Shown here: one piece after another, positions 1 to 12,235 of the stretch
Layout: the number at the start of each line of letters is the position of its first letter
Numbering within the stretch: position 1 is the first letter of the stretch
From: Octopus vulgaris
Lineage: Eukaryota
Direction: 5' to 3'
Assembly: GCA_951406725.2 (NCBI GenBank)
Contig: OX597820.1
Span: 95,232,001 to 95,296,000 of the forward strand
Length of the DNA stretch: 64,000 nt
Translations under genes and position numbers: made by a program
Notes under the pieces: model-generated
Database searches by the model: none
What the model saw: only the letters and a program-made list of their open reading frames with translations
What the model was told of the DNA's origin: nothing

Positions 1-225
1 AGACATAGATACATTCTCAGTGGTTCTACCCTTGATTTAGCAGTATATCAAGGATATGACAACTGGAGGAAGTGAGGGCTGTTTCAGCACCTTGCTACTT
101 CTCACCTCTCAGCTGTGCAGACTGGAACAGTGCGAAATGAAGTCCCTTGCTCAAGGACACGCTCTACCACCTGCTCCAGGAGTCAAAGCAATGACTTTAT
201 AATCTTGTGCCCAACGCACACTCCA

Positions 226-258
<33 letters not shown>

Positions 259-1359
259 TGTATAAATATAGATAGATAGATATAATATGTTTGTGTCAAG
301 TGTTTCTAAAGTAACATAGAATAATTTGAAGAATGATTAGTAGGAAATTAACCACTCAAAAGTCAAGCCACTGTGGAAACTTCTATATGTTCCCCTGACC
401 TATTAGAAATATCAGTCAAATCTAACCCAAATCACAGACTGCTGTCTTAAAAAAAAGAAAGCACACATGGATAATGTAGTCCAAGATATATTATGCCTGA
501 ATAAAAGACAGTATGGTCATGGCTCTGTTTGAACAGAGTGATCTGGGGGTGGCAAATGAAATATAAAAGTGAATACTAACAACAGCAATATCCAATACTA
601 ATATTAAGATTATGTGTGTTTGTGTGCGACATTGTCTTGAAATCATGTGATGATAGTCAAATGAGCATCACCATCATTACAAGTGGCATTGTTCATTTCC
701 AGTCTTCCATAAAAAACACACCTGGCCACAAGGAAACTGGTGGAGTAGCTGGCCATAGAAAATTTGCTTTAACAATTAATATCTGACCCATATGAGCATA
801 GGAAAGGGGGCATTAGATGATGATGATGATTACGACAATGACAACGAGCTATTATTGTAGTATGACCTGTTAGGAATAGCTGCCAAATTTTCCTCAAAAC
901 ACTACCTATTAATTTGAAAGGAAGGATATACTGTATATTATGGACCCAGATTAAACTCTATAAAAAATGATAAACAGGTTGTTACCAGAATGCTGATGCA
1001 TAGTCCCAGGTCAACCCCGTTGGAGCAAGTCTATAGTCAATGACATTTCAACCCTGATCATCTCATTTTTATTCAGATGCAATGTATTAAAGACTACATT
1101 ATTGAATATGTCTTTTTTTTTTTTTTTAAATGTCTGTAGAATGTGAATGAACTGAAGAAGGTTGAGTGACTGTTTTGAGATTTTATCATTGGCTTAAACT
1201 GCTAAAATGTTTACATCATAGTTTGTTCTCTTCAATTCATACTGATCTGGGTCTTAACAACAACAGTGGCAACAACAATAAAATAATGGCCCTAGAAATT
1301 GTATTGATTAATATAAGAAATTAGTAATGACTGTATTAAATGCAGATGTTCTATTTCAG

Positions 1360-1452
1360 AATCTGATTGAGAGCCAAGATAAATACAACGGTCTCTATGC
1401 GGACATGAAAGAATACCAAAGAAATACAAATGAAGAAATTGCATCACTGAAA
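1360..1452 (+). CDS. Gene 1 internal exon (coiled coil); probable SPICE1-like protein, 5' exons lie outside the window
   Basis: tttcag| acceptor, |gtaagt donor, 93 nt open: NLIESQDKYNGLYADMKEYQRNTNEEIASLK, phase 0/0 into the next exon. Confidence 0.8.
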
Positions 1453-1515
1453 GTAAGTAGTGTTTGAAAGGAGGAAATTTATCTTTGTTGCAAGCTTAAA
1501 TTAGCTCAGCGTCTC

Positions 1516-1648
1516 TTTCAGGAACACTGGGACCAGTGTATTGCTGCACAAGGTGACTATTTCAAAGGAAATGATGTTAAAACTGGTACATAAGTTATTT
1601 TTTTATTAAACATAACTAGTCTGGGGACTTTTTGATACTGCCTTGTAT
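1516..1648 (+). mobile_element. Mariner 3' end fragment
   Basis: WDQCIAAQGDYFKG transposase tail followed by a TIR-like end gactttttgatactgccttgTA. Confidence 0.6.
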
Positions 1649-1704
1649 ACCAACATTTTAGCCATTCATTTATTTATAAGTTGTTGCTCTTTTTTATATT
1701 CCAG

Positions 1705-2233
1705 ACAAAAATCAATTTATTAACTAGCCCTGGAATGAATGGCACTATTTTGAAGCAGATTCAACAACAAAGGTCATCATCAGAAGTCGAACAACAACAT
1801 CAACAGCAACAAAATTACAGTTTTTCCTCTGTGCTCCATCAGCAGTTGTCCTCTCAGACCCATCAGCAGTTGCCTTCTCAAACCCATCAGCAGATACCTT
1901 CTCAAACCCATCAGCAATTACCTTCTCAAACCCATCAGCAATTACCTTCTCAAACCCATCAGCAGTTGCCCTCACCAACCCATCACCAGTTGCCTTCACA
2001 GAACGATCACCAGTTGTCCTCACAAGTCCATGCCCAATTACAGACACACGTCCAAAAGCTACAACAGCAATCATCTACACAGACCCATCAACAACTGAAG
2101 CAAACGACTGTGCAAGTTGAGCTGCAGCAACAGAAGCATCAATCAACTGTGCAGCTACAACATCAGCAACAAAAGCAAGAACTGGCACGTCTTGCTTGCA
2201 GTTTCCACTCCTTTCTGGATGACACTAGAAAAC
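1705..2233 (+). CDS. Gene 1 Q-rich exon with octapeptide repeats
   Basis: ttccag| acceptor, TKINLLTSPG...FLDDTRK, donor C|gtacgc phase 1, which matches the next exon (C+GC = Arg). Confidence 0.8.
1837..2028 (+). repeat. Coding minisatellite, 8 x 24 nt (HQQLPSQT)
   Basis: catcagcagttgccttctcaaacc-type units start at 1837, 1861, 1885, 1909, 1933, 1957, 1981, 2005. Confidence 0.95.
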
Positions 2234-3609
2234 GTACGCATTTCTTTAATTTCAAGTACCATTTCTTTTCATTGCGGTTTTTCTTCCCCCTTAGTATACA
2301 GTCTGGGTGATACTTGGGAGATATCTTGTTGAAGCAATTATTTTTACAGCCTTCCCTACTGCTAACCTTTTCAACCATCAAGTAGGGATGAAGCCAGAGT
2401 TTTGTCGGTCAGTTTGTTAGAAGAATAACTTGAGTACCAAAGAAAATGGTTAACAGTATTTCCTCAAGTCTTTTTATATTCTGAGTTCAAATCCTCATAG
2501 GGTTGATTGAGTATTAGTCACATACTGGGGTTAGTTTAACCAATCATTTTCACTGCTAATGTTACAAATCTATTTTATAGCCACCATTCTATGTTAGCAT
2601 AGGAAGGGCCAGAAATTTTCATATTTGAACATTTGCATTTAAATTATTTGAGAAAGGATTGTTGGTTATAGTTGTTGTTCCTGAGATCAACTTTGATCAA
2701 TGAGACCTATGATCAAAGAAGTTCTAATTGTGACATCATTTCATCTTTTTTGAAGATTAGTGAATCTAGGTATACTTCACTCAGTGTATACTTTTTATTT
2801 TTGCTTTGCTATTTTCGAGATGGTAGGTGTAATTTAAGGGAAATGTGGCTGCTGTTTTCAGTACTTTTTTTTGTTCATTTTCAGCTTGCTTTGATCTATC
2901 TCTGTTGACTCATGAGTAAGTATTGTTGGTGATGGAGGAGTGAATAGCTTCAGTCCATTCTACATGAACAGGCTAATGATTCGATGATAGCTGATGAAGT
3001 CTCACACTATAAATACATTGCAAATCTACTACACAGGCCATCATACAGTATTTTGTTGTTTGAGATCCATTTTAGCAATTTAGAAGTTTTGTGCTGGTTC
3101 AGATCACCTTGTAAATAATCATTTCCTGGTTTTGTTCAATGTTGTACTCATTGTCATAGAGCTTTTGAATTTTGCAGGGGGTAATGTAGCAAGAGTTAAT
3201 CCTCTGGTTCAGTATACTGGAATATGTCATCCATATACTCTAATTTTCTATTTGTTTCTGTACATATTGCATGTGACTTTCTGCACATATTGCATCCAAT
3301 TTTGCTTTTTGTATATGTTTTATATGTCTGTCTGTCCATAGGTTTGTTGGTGGTAGAAATTTGTATCCAAAATGAGCAAGGTGAAATAATGTGTCTTATA
3401 GCTTAGTTTTCTTCGGATAAATTATGTATTAACATCTTGTGTTAGAAAACTCACATTGGGCCTTACTCATTATCATTATTTCTATATATATAAACGTCAT
3501 TATATGCAATATCATAAATGCTATGGATGCTGAAGCATTAAATAAGGTAAATAGAACAAAACTATAATGAAGTGCCTATTTATTATAAAGTATCATCCTT
3601 CTAATTCAG

Positions 3610-3768
3610 GCCTGTTTGGATCAGCAACAGAAGAAGAGAATACAAATGGTTGGCATGATTCTTCTGCAGTTTATGAAACACATCAAGGAAATACTCTGAG
3701 CAGTTTTAAAGCAGCTTTCCAGCTTTCTCCTCCTGTGCAAAGAACACACGTGTCTTCAAATTCTAAAG
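3610..3768 (+). CDS. Gene 1 exon
   Basis: aattcag| acceptor, LFGSATEEEN...LSPPVQRTHVSSNSK, donor G|gtctgg phase 1, which matches the next exon (G+AT = Asp). Confidence 0.7.
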
Positions 3769-5052
3769 GTCTGGAGAATTTTTAATACTGTTTACGAATT
3801 CCAATAATTTACCCTTTTGCAGGCAGTTTCAGATAGACAGTTTTTCTACAATTGCATTATTATATTCTTTTAAATGCTCTTTTTATACTATAAGATTTTA
3901 AATTCAGCAGTGGATCTAAAAATCCATTGTTGACTTGAAACAATGTCAGTGAGTTCTGCTGAAGCTAAGCTTATAGCACTAGGGTAGAGTAGAGTAAGGT
4001 GCTTTCTTGAAAAATACATACAATGACTGTAACACTACTGTAGCTGTCAGTGATAGCAGCAACTTTCCATCATCCTGATCAAATAGATCTGTGGCATATA
4101 TTGATGATTATATAATTACATGCTAGCAATCTACATTCAGCATTCTAGATATACTAAGTCATTGCTGAGTTGAAGAGACCACAATGGGAACTCCAACATG
4201 CAATAATTTATTGTATGAAATGCACTGTGTCATTCTTGGCATAATTCTTCTGCCTATTTCTTGTAGCTCCTGGTGGTGGCTACTGCAGAGATGTTTAAGG
4301 TGGACTTAGAGCATACCATTTGTTGTAGTAGTGTTTTAACCAATAACTTAGATCATGGTTCTCCAATAATTTTGTAGCTGAAAAACAAGGATGAAAGGTA
4401 ATATGGTTTAAAAACCATTTCATCAAAGAGAGGTACAAGCAGATTTTGAGGTCTTTTTTTATATATCAATTAGTCAAAGAAGAGGCAGACTCTTGATTTT
4501 TACATGACTTCCTAGATCAGAGAGATTGATATGGTTGATACATAGCCTGAACATCTTTAGGAAATATATGGACAAGGAGGAGGCTTGTCTGAATGCTTGT
4601 AACAGAATGAACTTTGCTAAATGCACCCAAGGACCTGATAGTTGTATTAAACTGAGCAACATATTAGGACAACCACCTAATATATACTTAATACGTAAGC
4701 CCTTGCAATTGTTGTTTAACTTCAAATCAACTCTGATCAAGAAAACCTATGGCTAAAGATATTCTAATCATGACCATCTTGTCCTTCAGATATTTAGTTG
4801 AAAATCTGCAGATGCAATTAGTAGTAGATTAACTTTTGTAACATTTAAGAGCTAGCCTTTGATCTACACTTATTGGTTACTTTCATAAGTTTTCTTCCTT
4901 TAATTTGCAACCATAGGTCTGTTTCCTTTAAGCTGAGAAATGAGTGTAATCTTTTACTAACTAGGTAGGTTTAGGTTACAAGACTTGATCTAAGCTTAAA
5001 CACAAAAGCTATTGAGTAATCAGTAAAATTTTGTTTTATGTTATTCTTACAG

Positions 5053-5597
5053 ATCCACTAGAATTTTTGGATGAAGCTGAGCTCTCAGCATCGAAGTCCA
5101 TTTTTGATTTGACACAACAGCCTTCATTGAACACTTCATTTATATCAGATAAGCTTGTTACTGAAACTATTTTACCAGGACAAGTTCCAGAAGTGTACCC
5201 CTTTCAGAACGACACCACTGCTAGTTCTTTTAAACCAATAAACTCGGCAGTTTCTCAGTCAGTATTGCCTGAAATTCACAAAGACGTACCTGCTCGAGAC
5301 GACTGCCTTTCACCAGAGATAGAAAGCAAATCTTTCCTTGCCAGCCAAATTGAAGAATTAAACAAGCAACATGAAGAAGCAGAGAGACTTTTACAGAAAT
5401 TTCTTCAGAGTGGAAAAGAACACGAAGAAATGTTGAAACTTGGAGGAGAGTTTGAAAGACAATCTCAAACTGAGTTACAGAGAGCACAAGGAACTGATGA
5501 TTTTCTAACATTGCCTACATCTAACCAAATCTCCAATGAGGAGCACCCTCAAACTCTAGAACAACAGAGAAGTAACTCGCCACATATATTTAATGGT
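5053..5597 (+). CDS. Gene 1 exon with short coiled coil QIEELNKQHEEAERLLQKFLQ
   Basis: cttacag| acceptor, 545 nt open, |gtatgt donor phase 0. The coiled coil resembles the SPICE1 C-terminal motif IAELNRQSMEARGKLLQL as recalled, not searched. Confidence 0.8.
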
Positions 5598-6641
5598 GTA
5601 TGTATATAGAGTTAGTTTATTGTGTTCCTGTTTTTACTTTAATTCCTCATGTTGTATTTTTACTGCTTTATTGGAATTGTTAAATATCATTCTCCCTCTT
5701 ATCCATTCATCCAAGTGCTTATCCTTATTGCATATAACTTGTGATATAAATATTGTATAAAACTTGAAGCACAGTCTTGCACTAGATATTTCCTTGCACA
5801 ATGCACATGCCATGAGAATAAGGTTACAATAAACTTCTTTGTGAATTAGAGCTTGTACTCTAGCCTTAGTTCTAACTAATTGTAACTCCTACTGTGACTC
5901 CTAACCATTTTAATACTAACCATAAACCTAAGTCTAATCCTACCACACAGGGATCATAGTTTACTTGCAAGAGATTCTATTTGTTAGATCTATAATTATC
6001 CCAAGACATTTCTGCAAGTAAGATAGTGATTTCCAAAAAAGGGTTCAGAGATCTGTTCTACCATCAAAGAGAACATCAAAAATAGTATGAAATTCTTGTC
6101 TCTTCTTTAAGACCATTGTGACTTCAGGGAAGTGAAATTGGGGTAGGAGGATTGGGAAAATATTTAATATGGCATTCTGGGAGTAAGGCAGGTTTATGAA
6201 GCTGTTCAGTTTAACAAGACCTTCACTACAAAGTCCTTGAGTGTCTTAGGAAGTGTTCATTCTGTTGCAAACATTCAAGACAGATTCCTGTTCCCTTCAT
6301 ATCCACATTTCATTTCCTGCAAATGTTCAAGCTGTTCATCATTTGACCAGTTTGAGATGACCTACAAAAGTCATGGGCATTGCCCCTTCCTTTTTAACTT
6401 AGTTAAAAAAAAAAGGAGATAATACAGAGAGGAGGGATCATCAAGCTTTAAAGGGTTTGAACAAGAATGGGAAATAGTCAGAAAAGCTGGAACCAGTGTA
6501 TGTGTGGTAGAAAACACAGAGAAAAGACAATATGCTGTTGGATTAATGGCATGTGAGTGATTGTAGTATGTTGCTGATTAGCCTCTGATCAGTTCTATAA
6601 TGAAGATGTTCCAGTTGTGACCTATCCATTCTTTCATTCAG

Positions 6642-7225
6642 GTATATCCCAGGGGTGTAACCAGCCCACTTATGCATACCTTTTCCTTCTTTGGACACTA
6701 AACTCTGCTTGCAAAGACCTGTTGAGGCAAGTGAAATCAAAATCAAATTCGATGACTGGCATCCGTGCTAGCTGGGTGCAAAGAGCACCATACGAGTGTG
6801 ATCATTGACAGAGCGGCTAACTGGCTTCCATGCCAGTGGCACATAAAAGGCACCATTCAAGTGTGATCGTTACCAGTGTTGCCTTGCTGGCACTTGATCC
6901 CCATGCTAGTAGGGTGCTAAGAGCACCATCTGAGCGTGATCGTTGCCAGAGCAGCTATCTGGCCTCCATGCCGGTGGCATGTAAAAGATTCGAGCAAGGT
7001 CGTTGCCAGTACCGCCTGACTGGCCCCCATGCCGGTGGCACATAAAAGCACCCACTACCCTCTCGGAGTGGTTGGCATTAGGAAGGGCATCCAGCTGTAG
7101 AAACTCTGCCAGATCAAGATTGAAGCTTGGTGCAGCCATCTGGTTCACCAGCCCTCGGTCAAATCGTCCAACCCATGCTAGCATGGAAAGCGGACATTAA
7201 ACGATGATGACGATGATGATGATGT
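6642..7225 (+). mobile_element. RTE LINE 3' UTR copy with tandem hairpin units and (GAT)n tail
   Basis: Matches the sequence after the RTE ORF stop at 17403 and 26954. Confidence 0.85.
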
Positions 7226-7737
7226 TGATATTATCAGGGCACATTACTAAATTTGTCCCATTTTGAAAACACTAGGGTTAAATTGAAGGGTGCTTTGATT
7301 GCTATTTCTGGTAAGTCAAATGACCATATACATTGGTGAGTAATGGTATATCAGTCAAATATATATGATTGATTGATTGATTGATTCTAGTTTCAGCTTA
7401 TGAGCTGTGGCCATGCTGGGGCACCATAGCATTCGTTTAGATATGAATCTGTTTGTGTGGATAAATAATGCAATATGCAAATTCTTTTTTCTTTTTACCT
7501 TCCAACCAATACCAGTTTTAGAGAAATAGTTCTACTTGTCAAAGGAAAATCAAAATTATGAATTTTAGGTTTTGGAAAAAATGCTGAAAATCTTATAACT
7601 CTGTTGGACATTCGGTTAGCATATTGATGTATTTTGTTTTGTTGTTTTTTAAACATTTATTTCTTTTTGAGTAATTAAATTAGGTTAGTTTGTAACTAAT
7701 AAATCTTAACAACCAGTACAGCTACATGTGAACAGTA

Positions 7738-7973
7738 TTTATTTCCTTATTACCCACAAGGGGCTAAACATAGAAGGGACAAACAAGGACAGACATAGGT
7801 ATTAAGTCGATTACATCGACCCTAGTGCGTAACTGGTACTTAATTTATCAACCACGAAAGGATGAAAGGTAAAGTCGACCTCGGCGGAATTTGAACTCAC
7901 AACGTAACGGCAGACGAAATACCGCTAAGCATTTCGCCCGACGTGCTAATGGTTCTGCCAGCTCTCCACCTTA
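7738..7973 (-). mobile_element. tRNA-derived SINE family B (central gcctttcatcctttcggggtcgataa domain) flanked by a ~99 bp direct repeat
   Basis: Reverse complement of 14838-15070. Flanks 7634-7732 and 7974-8072 are nearly identical. Confidence 0.85.
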
Positions 7974-8269
7974 TTGTTTTGTTGTTTTTTAAACATTTAT
8001 TTCTTTTTGAGTAATTAAATTAGGTTAGTTTGTAACTAATAAATCTTAACAACCAGTACAAATACATGTGAATGGTACTGTAAAGTTTACACTTGTGTCC
8101 TGCAAAGTATCAGAGCTGCAATATGTTCTGATCATGAAGAGAGATATTATCTTTAATATCTTTTAAAATTGTAAATACCAATTCTCATTCATATTTTACC
8201 TTCAACTATTTTTAAAGATTCCCATTCATATTTGAGGTATAATATCAAAATAATGTCATTTTTCTGTAG

Positions 8270-8326
8270 GTATCTCCAGCAATATCGCCTATCATCGTTG
8301 AGGAATGTTTTGATCAAGCTGTTTAA
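8270..8326 (+). CDS. Gene 1 last certain coding exon, VSPAISPIIVEECFDQAV*; exon continues to the donor at 8333
   Basis: ttctgtag| acceptor phase 0, TAA 8324-8326, strong donor |gtaagt at 8334. SPAISPI resembles SPICE1 SPPMSPV (recalled). Confidence 0.65.
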   Translation, partial: VSPAISPIIVEECFDQAV

Positions 8327-8709
8327 TTATTTGGTAAGTGCCCTTTAAAGTGAAATGTTTGCCTCACTTATTCTTTGGCTGTTTCGCTCCCATCTGTATT
8401 GCTGTTGTTTAGTTTCCAACCCATATCTTGATAGAATCTGAGAGGACTGTCTTCTGCTCTACTGTCTACTTTGATATGGTTCCAATGACTAGATGTCCTT
8501 CCTAACACCAACCAATTTACTGAATTTACTGGTGGACGGGGGTGGGGTGGGGGGTGGGGGGCTTTCTCTTGGTATTAACACTAGTGAGGATTTTAGCTCG
8601 CAATACTAAAATCCCCTTGACTGAGTGGGACTCCAGTAGGGAAAAAGAGCAAGAAAGGCAGTTTTATGTTAAGTGTCAAGAGGTTAAATATATATATATA
8701 TATATAGTA

Positions 8710-9042
8710 AAGGCACATGACTTAGTGGTTAGAGTGTCAGGCCCACAATCATGAGGTAGTGAGTTCAATTCTCAGACCAGGCTGTGTGTTGTTGTGTTCT
8801 TGAGCAAGACACTTCATTTCACTTTACTCCAATTCACTCAGCTGTAGAAATGAGTTGCAGTGTCACTGGTGCCAAGCTGTATCAGCCTTTGCCTTTCCCT
8901 TGGATAACATCGGTGGCATGGAGAGGGTGTGCATGGGTGACTACTAGTTTTCCATAAACAACCTTTCCTAGAATTGTGCCTTGGTGAGAAACTTTCTAGG
9001 TGCAATCCCATGGTCATTTGTGACAAAAGGGGGTCTTTACCT
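8710..9042 (+). mobile_element. tRNA-derived SINE family D
   Basis: A-box tgacttagtgg, B-box gagttcaattc, then ttcttgagcaagacacttca. Relatives at about 29740 and 60432. Confidence 0.7.
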
Positions 9043-9112
9043 TATATATATATGTATAACTTTTTTTATCATCATCAAAATCTAGAGTTCTAATTATATT
9101 TTATATTTTCAG

Positions 9113-9237
9113 ATGAGCTATGTGAGTCAAAGATTCCCTCGTATCCGTCCAATCAGCCTAGAAGAAATGCCAACATCATATCACACTTCAACTACCAGTT
9201 CTTCATTCCTTATCTATTTGTATTATATTATTTATAA
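9113..9237 (+). other. Gene 1 terminal exon start (3' UTR, or coding if the TAA at 8324 is bypassed)
   Basis: tattttcag| acceptor at 9112. Continues the gene 1 frame to TAA 9235-9237. Confidence 0.5.
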
Positions 9238-10844
9238 CTTCCTTTTTTTTTTTCATTGTAAAATTATTATTTTAAGATTGAGTGGTGGTGGTAAAAACTG
9301 TAGAGTACCTGACTGAATGCTGAGTAACTTACAGTTATACTCTTTCATGTTCAGTTCAGACTCCACCAGAATTTACCTTAGTTTCTCATTTCACTAGATT
9401 CAGTAAAATGAATACCAATCTTGTAGAGGAATTGGTTATTTCTAAAAGATGGAATTTATCCACAGAGGCTCACCATTGGCTTGAATTTTAGATTTGTTGA
9501 AAATGATGGAGAGGACGGCATCGCACTGAATGCTCTTTCTTACCTACGTTTTACGCTTCATCACTACAAGTTCAAATCTGACTCCGATCATCTTATTTTT
9601 TATATTTCTTTTATCTATTTTTTTAAAACTTGTATCAGTCAATGAACTGCGACCATGTTGGGGGTACCACCTTGAAGGGTTTCAATCAAATGAATTGATC
9701 CAAGTACATATTTTTTTAAGGCCTGGTACTATTCTATCAGTCTCTTTTGCCAAACCACTAAGTACACATTGATGTAAACACTAACACCAGTTATCAAGTG
9801 GTGGTGGGGAATAAATGCAAACACACACACACACACACACATGATATGTGTGACTGGCTTGTTTCAGTTTCTATCTACCTTATCCATTCGAGTCTTTGGT
9901 TGGCCCAGGGCTATCATAGAAGACATTCACCCAAGGTGCCATGCTGTGGGACTGAATCCAAAACCATGTGTTTGGAAAGCAACTTCTTACTACATGGCCA
10001 TGCCTATGCCTTTATATATATATATTTTATTTCCGTGTAAAAGGAGATCCAGGACAGTTGGTAAAATTAGAATAAGCTTTCCTTGAATTTTGATGATTAG
10101 TATTCACTTGTTCAATCCATTGGTTGAGCATTGAAGTATTGTGTAAGTGATTGAGTATTCCATAGACATTTTTACCCTTCAGTGTAATTCTCAGTCTGAA
10201 TCAGCATAATGCAGTGTGTGACAAGAACGGACTTTTGCTTTGAAGTACAATCCTTTCGGCAAGCTTCCAATACAATTTCTGTCAGCCTGGTTTCATTCAC
10301 AGTTTGGGGTTGACCTGACTTATTGTAAAAGACACTTGCCCAACCCAGGGCATGAATGTTGTGAATAAAACAAAAACCAAGGCTATAATGAAGTTTGCTT
10401 CTTCCTTTTATATTTTACGTAACCAAAAATGTATAAATGAATATAAAAAAGCAATAAGAATCCCACCAGTTTCTTAAAAATAAAAAGAGCTTTTTGAAAA
10501 TAAAGTTTAAAAAATTAATTCAGTTTCCTTTATTTAATTTCACCCTCTCACTTTGTAAGTATGAGTGCAATGTTTGAGTGATGTTTAAGTACAAGTTTGT
10601 GTTGCATCGTTTTCAGATTTTCATCCAAGAAACTTCCTTCTTCTCACCTTGATAATTTTTTTTTAATTAAAGGAAAGTAAAGTTAACCTTATTTGACACT
10701 CGTGGTAGTTGGGTTGGTTGGTTGGTTGGTTGGTTAGTTGTTTAACAACTAAGGATGTCTCCCATCATACAACGGGAAGATATTATTAGACAGCAAGGAG
10801 TGTTTTGACAGGGATTTGACTCCTAATTCTAGCATTCTCTCTCT

Positions 10845-11228
10845 TTGACTCTTTTACTTGTTTCAGTAATTTGACTGTGGCCATGCTGGAGCACTGCCTT
10901 TAGTCAAGCAAATCGACCCCAGGACTTATTCTTTGTAACTTATTCTATTGGTCTGTTTTGCCGAACCGCTAAGTTACGGGGGTACGTAAACATACCAGCA
11001 TCAGTTGTCAAGCGATGTTGGGGGGACAAACACAGACACACATACACATACATATATAAACATATATATGACGGGCTTCTTTCAATTTCCGTCTACCAGA
11101 TCCACTCACAAGGCTTTGGTCGGACCGAGGCTATAATAGAAGACACCCAAGGTGCCACGCAGTGGGACTGAACCTGGGGCCATGTGGTTCGTAAGCAAGC
11201 TACTAACCACACAGCCACTCCTATGCCT
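10845..11228 (-). mobile_element. tRNA-derived SINE family A (~400 bp, internal microsatellite)
   Basis: Reverse complement of 48155-48547. Confidence 0.9.
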
Positions 11229-12235
11229 ATAATGTTAGTTATTTCACAGAGTTTCCTTAGGCAGTGTCAGATTTTTTTAATGGTAAGTCTTAAGGGAAAT
11301 TTTATTTCATAAGTGTTTACCTATATACAATGTATATAGTCCACAGATGAGATCCAGGGACTCTCCGTATAGATAATACTTAGTAATGCTCAAAAGATCC
11401 AAACTTAGTCTCCAACGTGTTTACAGGGGTTCAATTCCACAAGGTAAAGAAAGGCTATGAGAGGAATCAAGTTGAGTGGGTATAGGAGGCAATTATGCAG
11501 ATAAACAAATTAGATATATTAAATAGGCAATTATGCAGATAATTACCATATATACAGTGGTTTTCCTACTTATGAACATTTGAACATACCAAATCTTATA
11601 GGAACTTATTTTGTCTGTTAGTTCAGTACTACTCTTTGCAATATTGAATACTGTACACAACATTGTGAAAAAATCATAATGTAGGCTTATCTCAATAACA
11701 ATTAATAGAATATTTTATTCACCTTAAATAGTATTTTAATCTATTATGTGTTGTGTCCAGCTATATTTATTCCTCCCCTATTTTGTAAGTATGAGTGCAA
11801 TGTTTGAGTGATGTTTAAGTACAAGTTTGTGTTGCATCGTTTTAATTCTATCTCTCTCCCATCACAATCTCTGGGTAACAAGGGTTACATTGGATCTGTG
11901 TATAATCAATATACCATACCATCATTCTTCACTTCTGGCTATCATTCCCTCTGTCTTAGGTCTCTCATTATTAACATCTGTCACTCTCTCTTACCAGCAA
12001 ACATGAAACTATCATTCCCTCCTTTAGCACTCTCTCAAATAATTATTTATCTTATCTCCTTAGCAACCACGAATATGACAAAAATTAAAAGCATATCTAA
12101 ACCTTTATTTGTTTTACTGATTCCCTAGCAACTAAATGTGTGGCATTGATGTAAGTTGCTGAATGGTGATATAAGCATGTCTTAGCATTTATTTGTTTTG
12201 CCTGTCTCCTTGATTTGCAGAAATATGATGCACGC

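Noticed and set aside
1745-2074. Antisense ORF with ADGFEKVI repeats
   Set aside because: Shadow of the coding minisatellite on the + strand.
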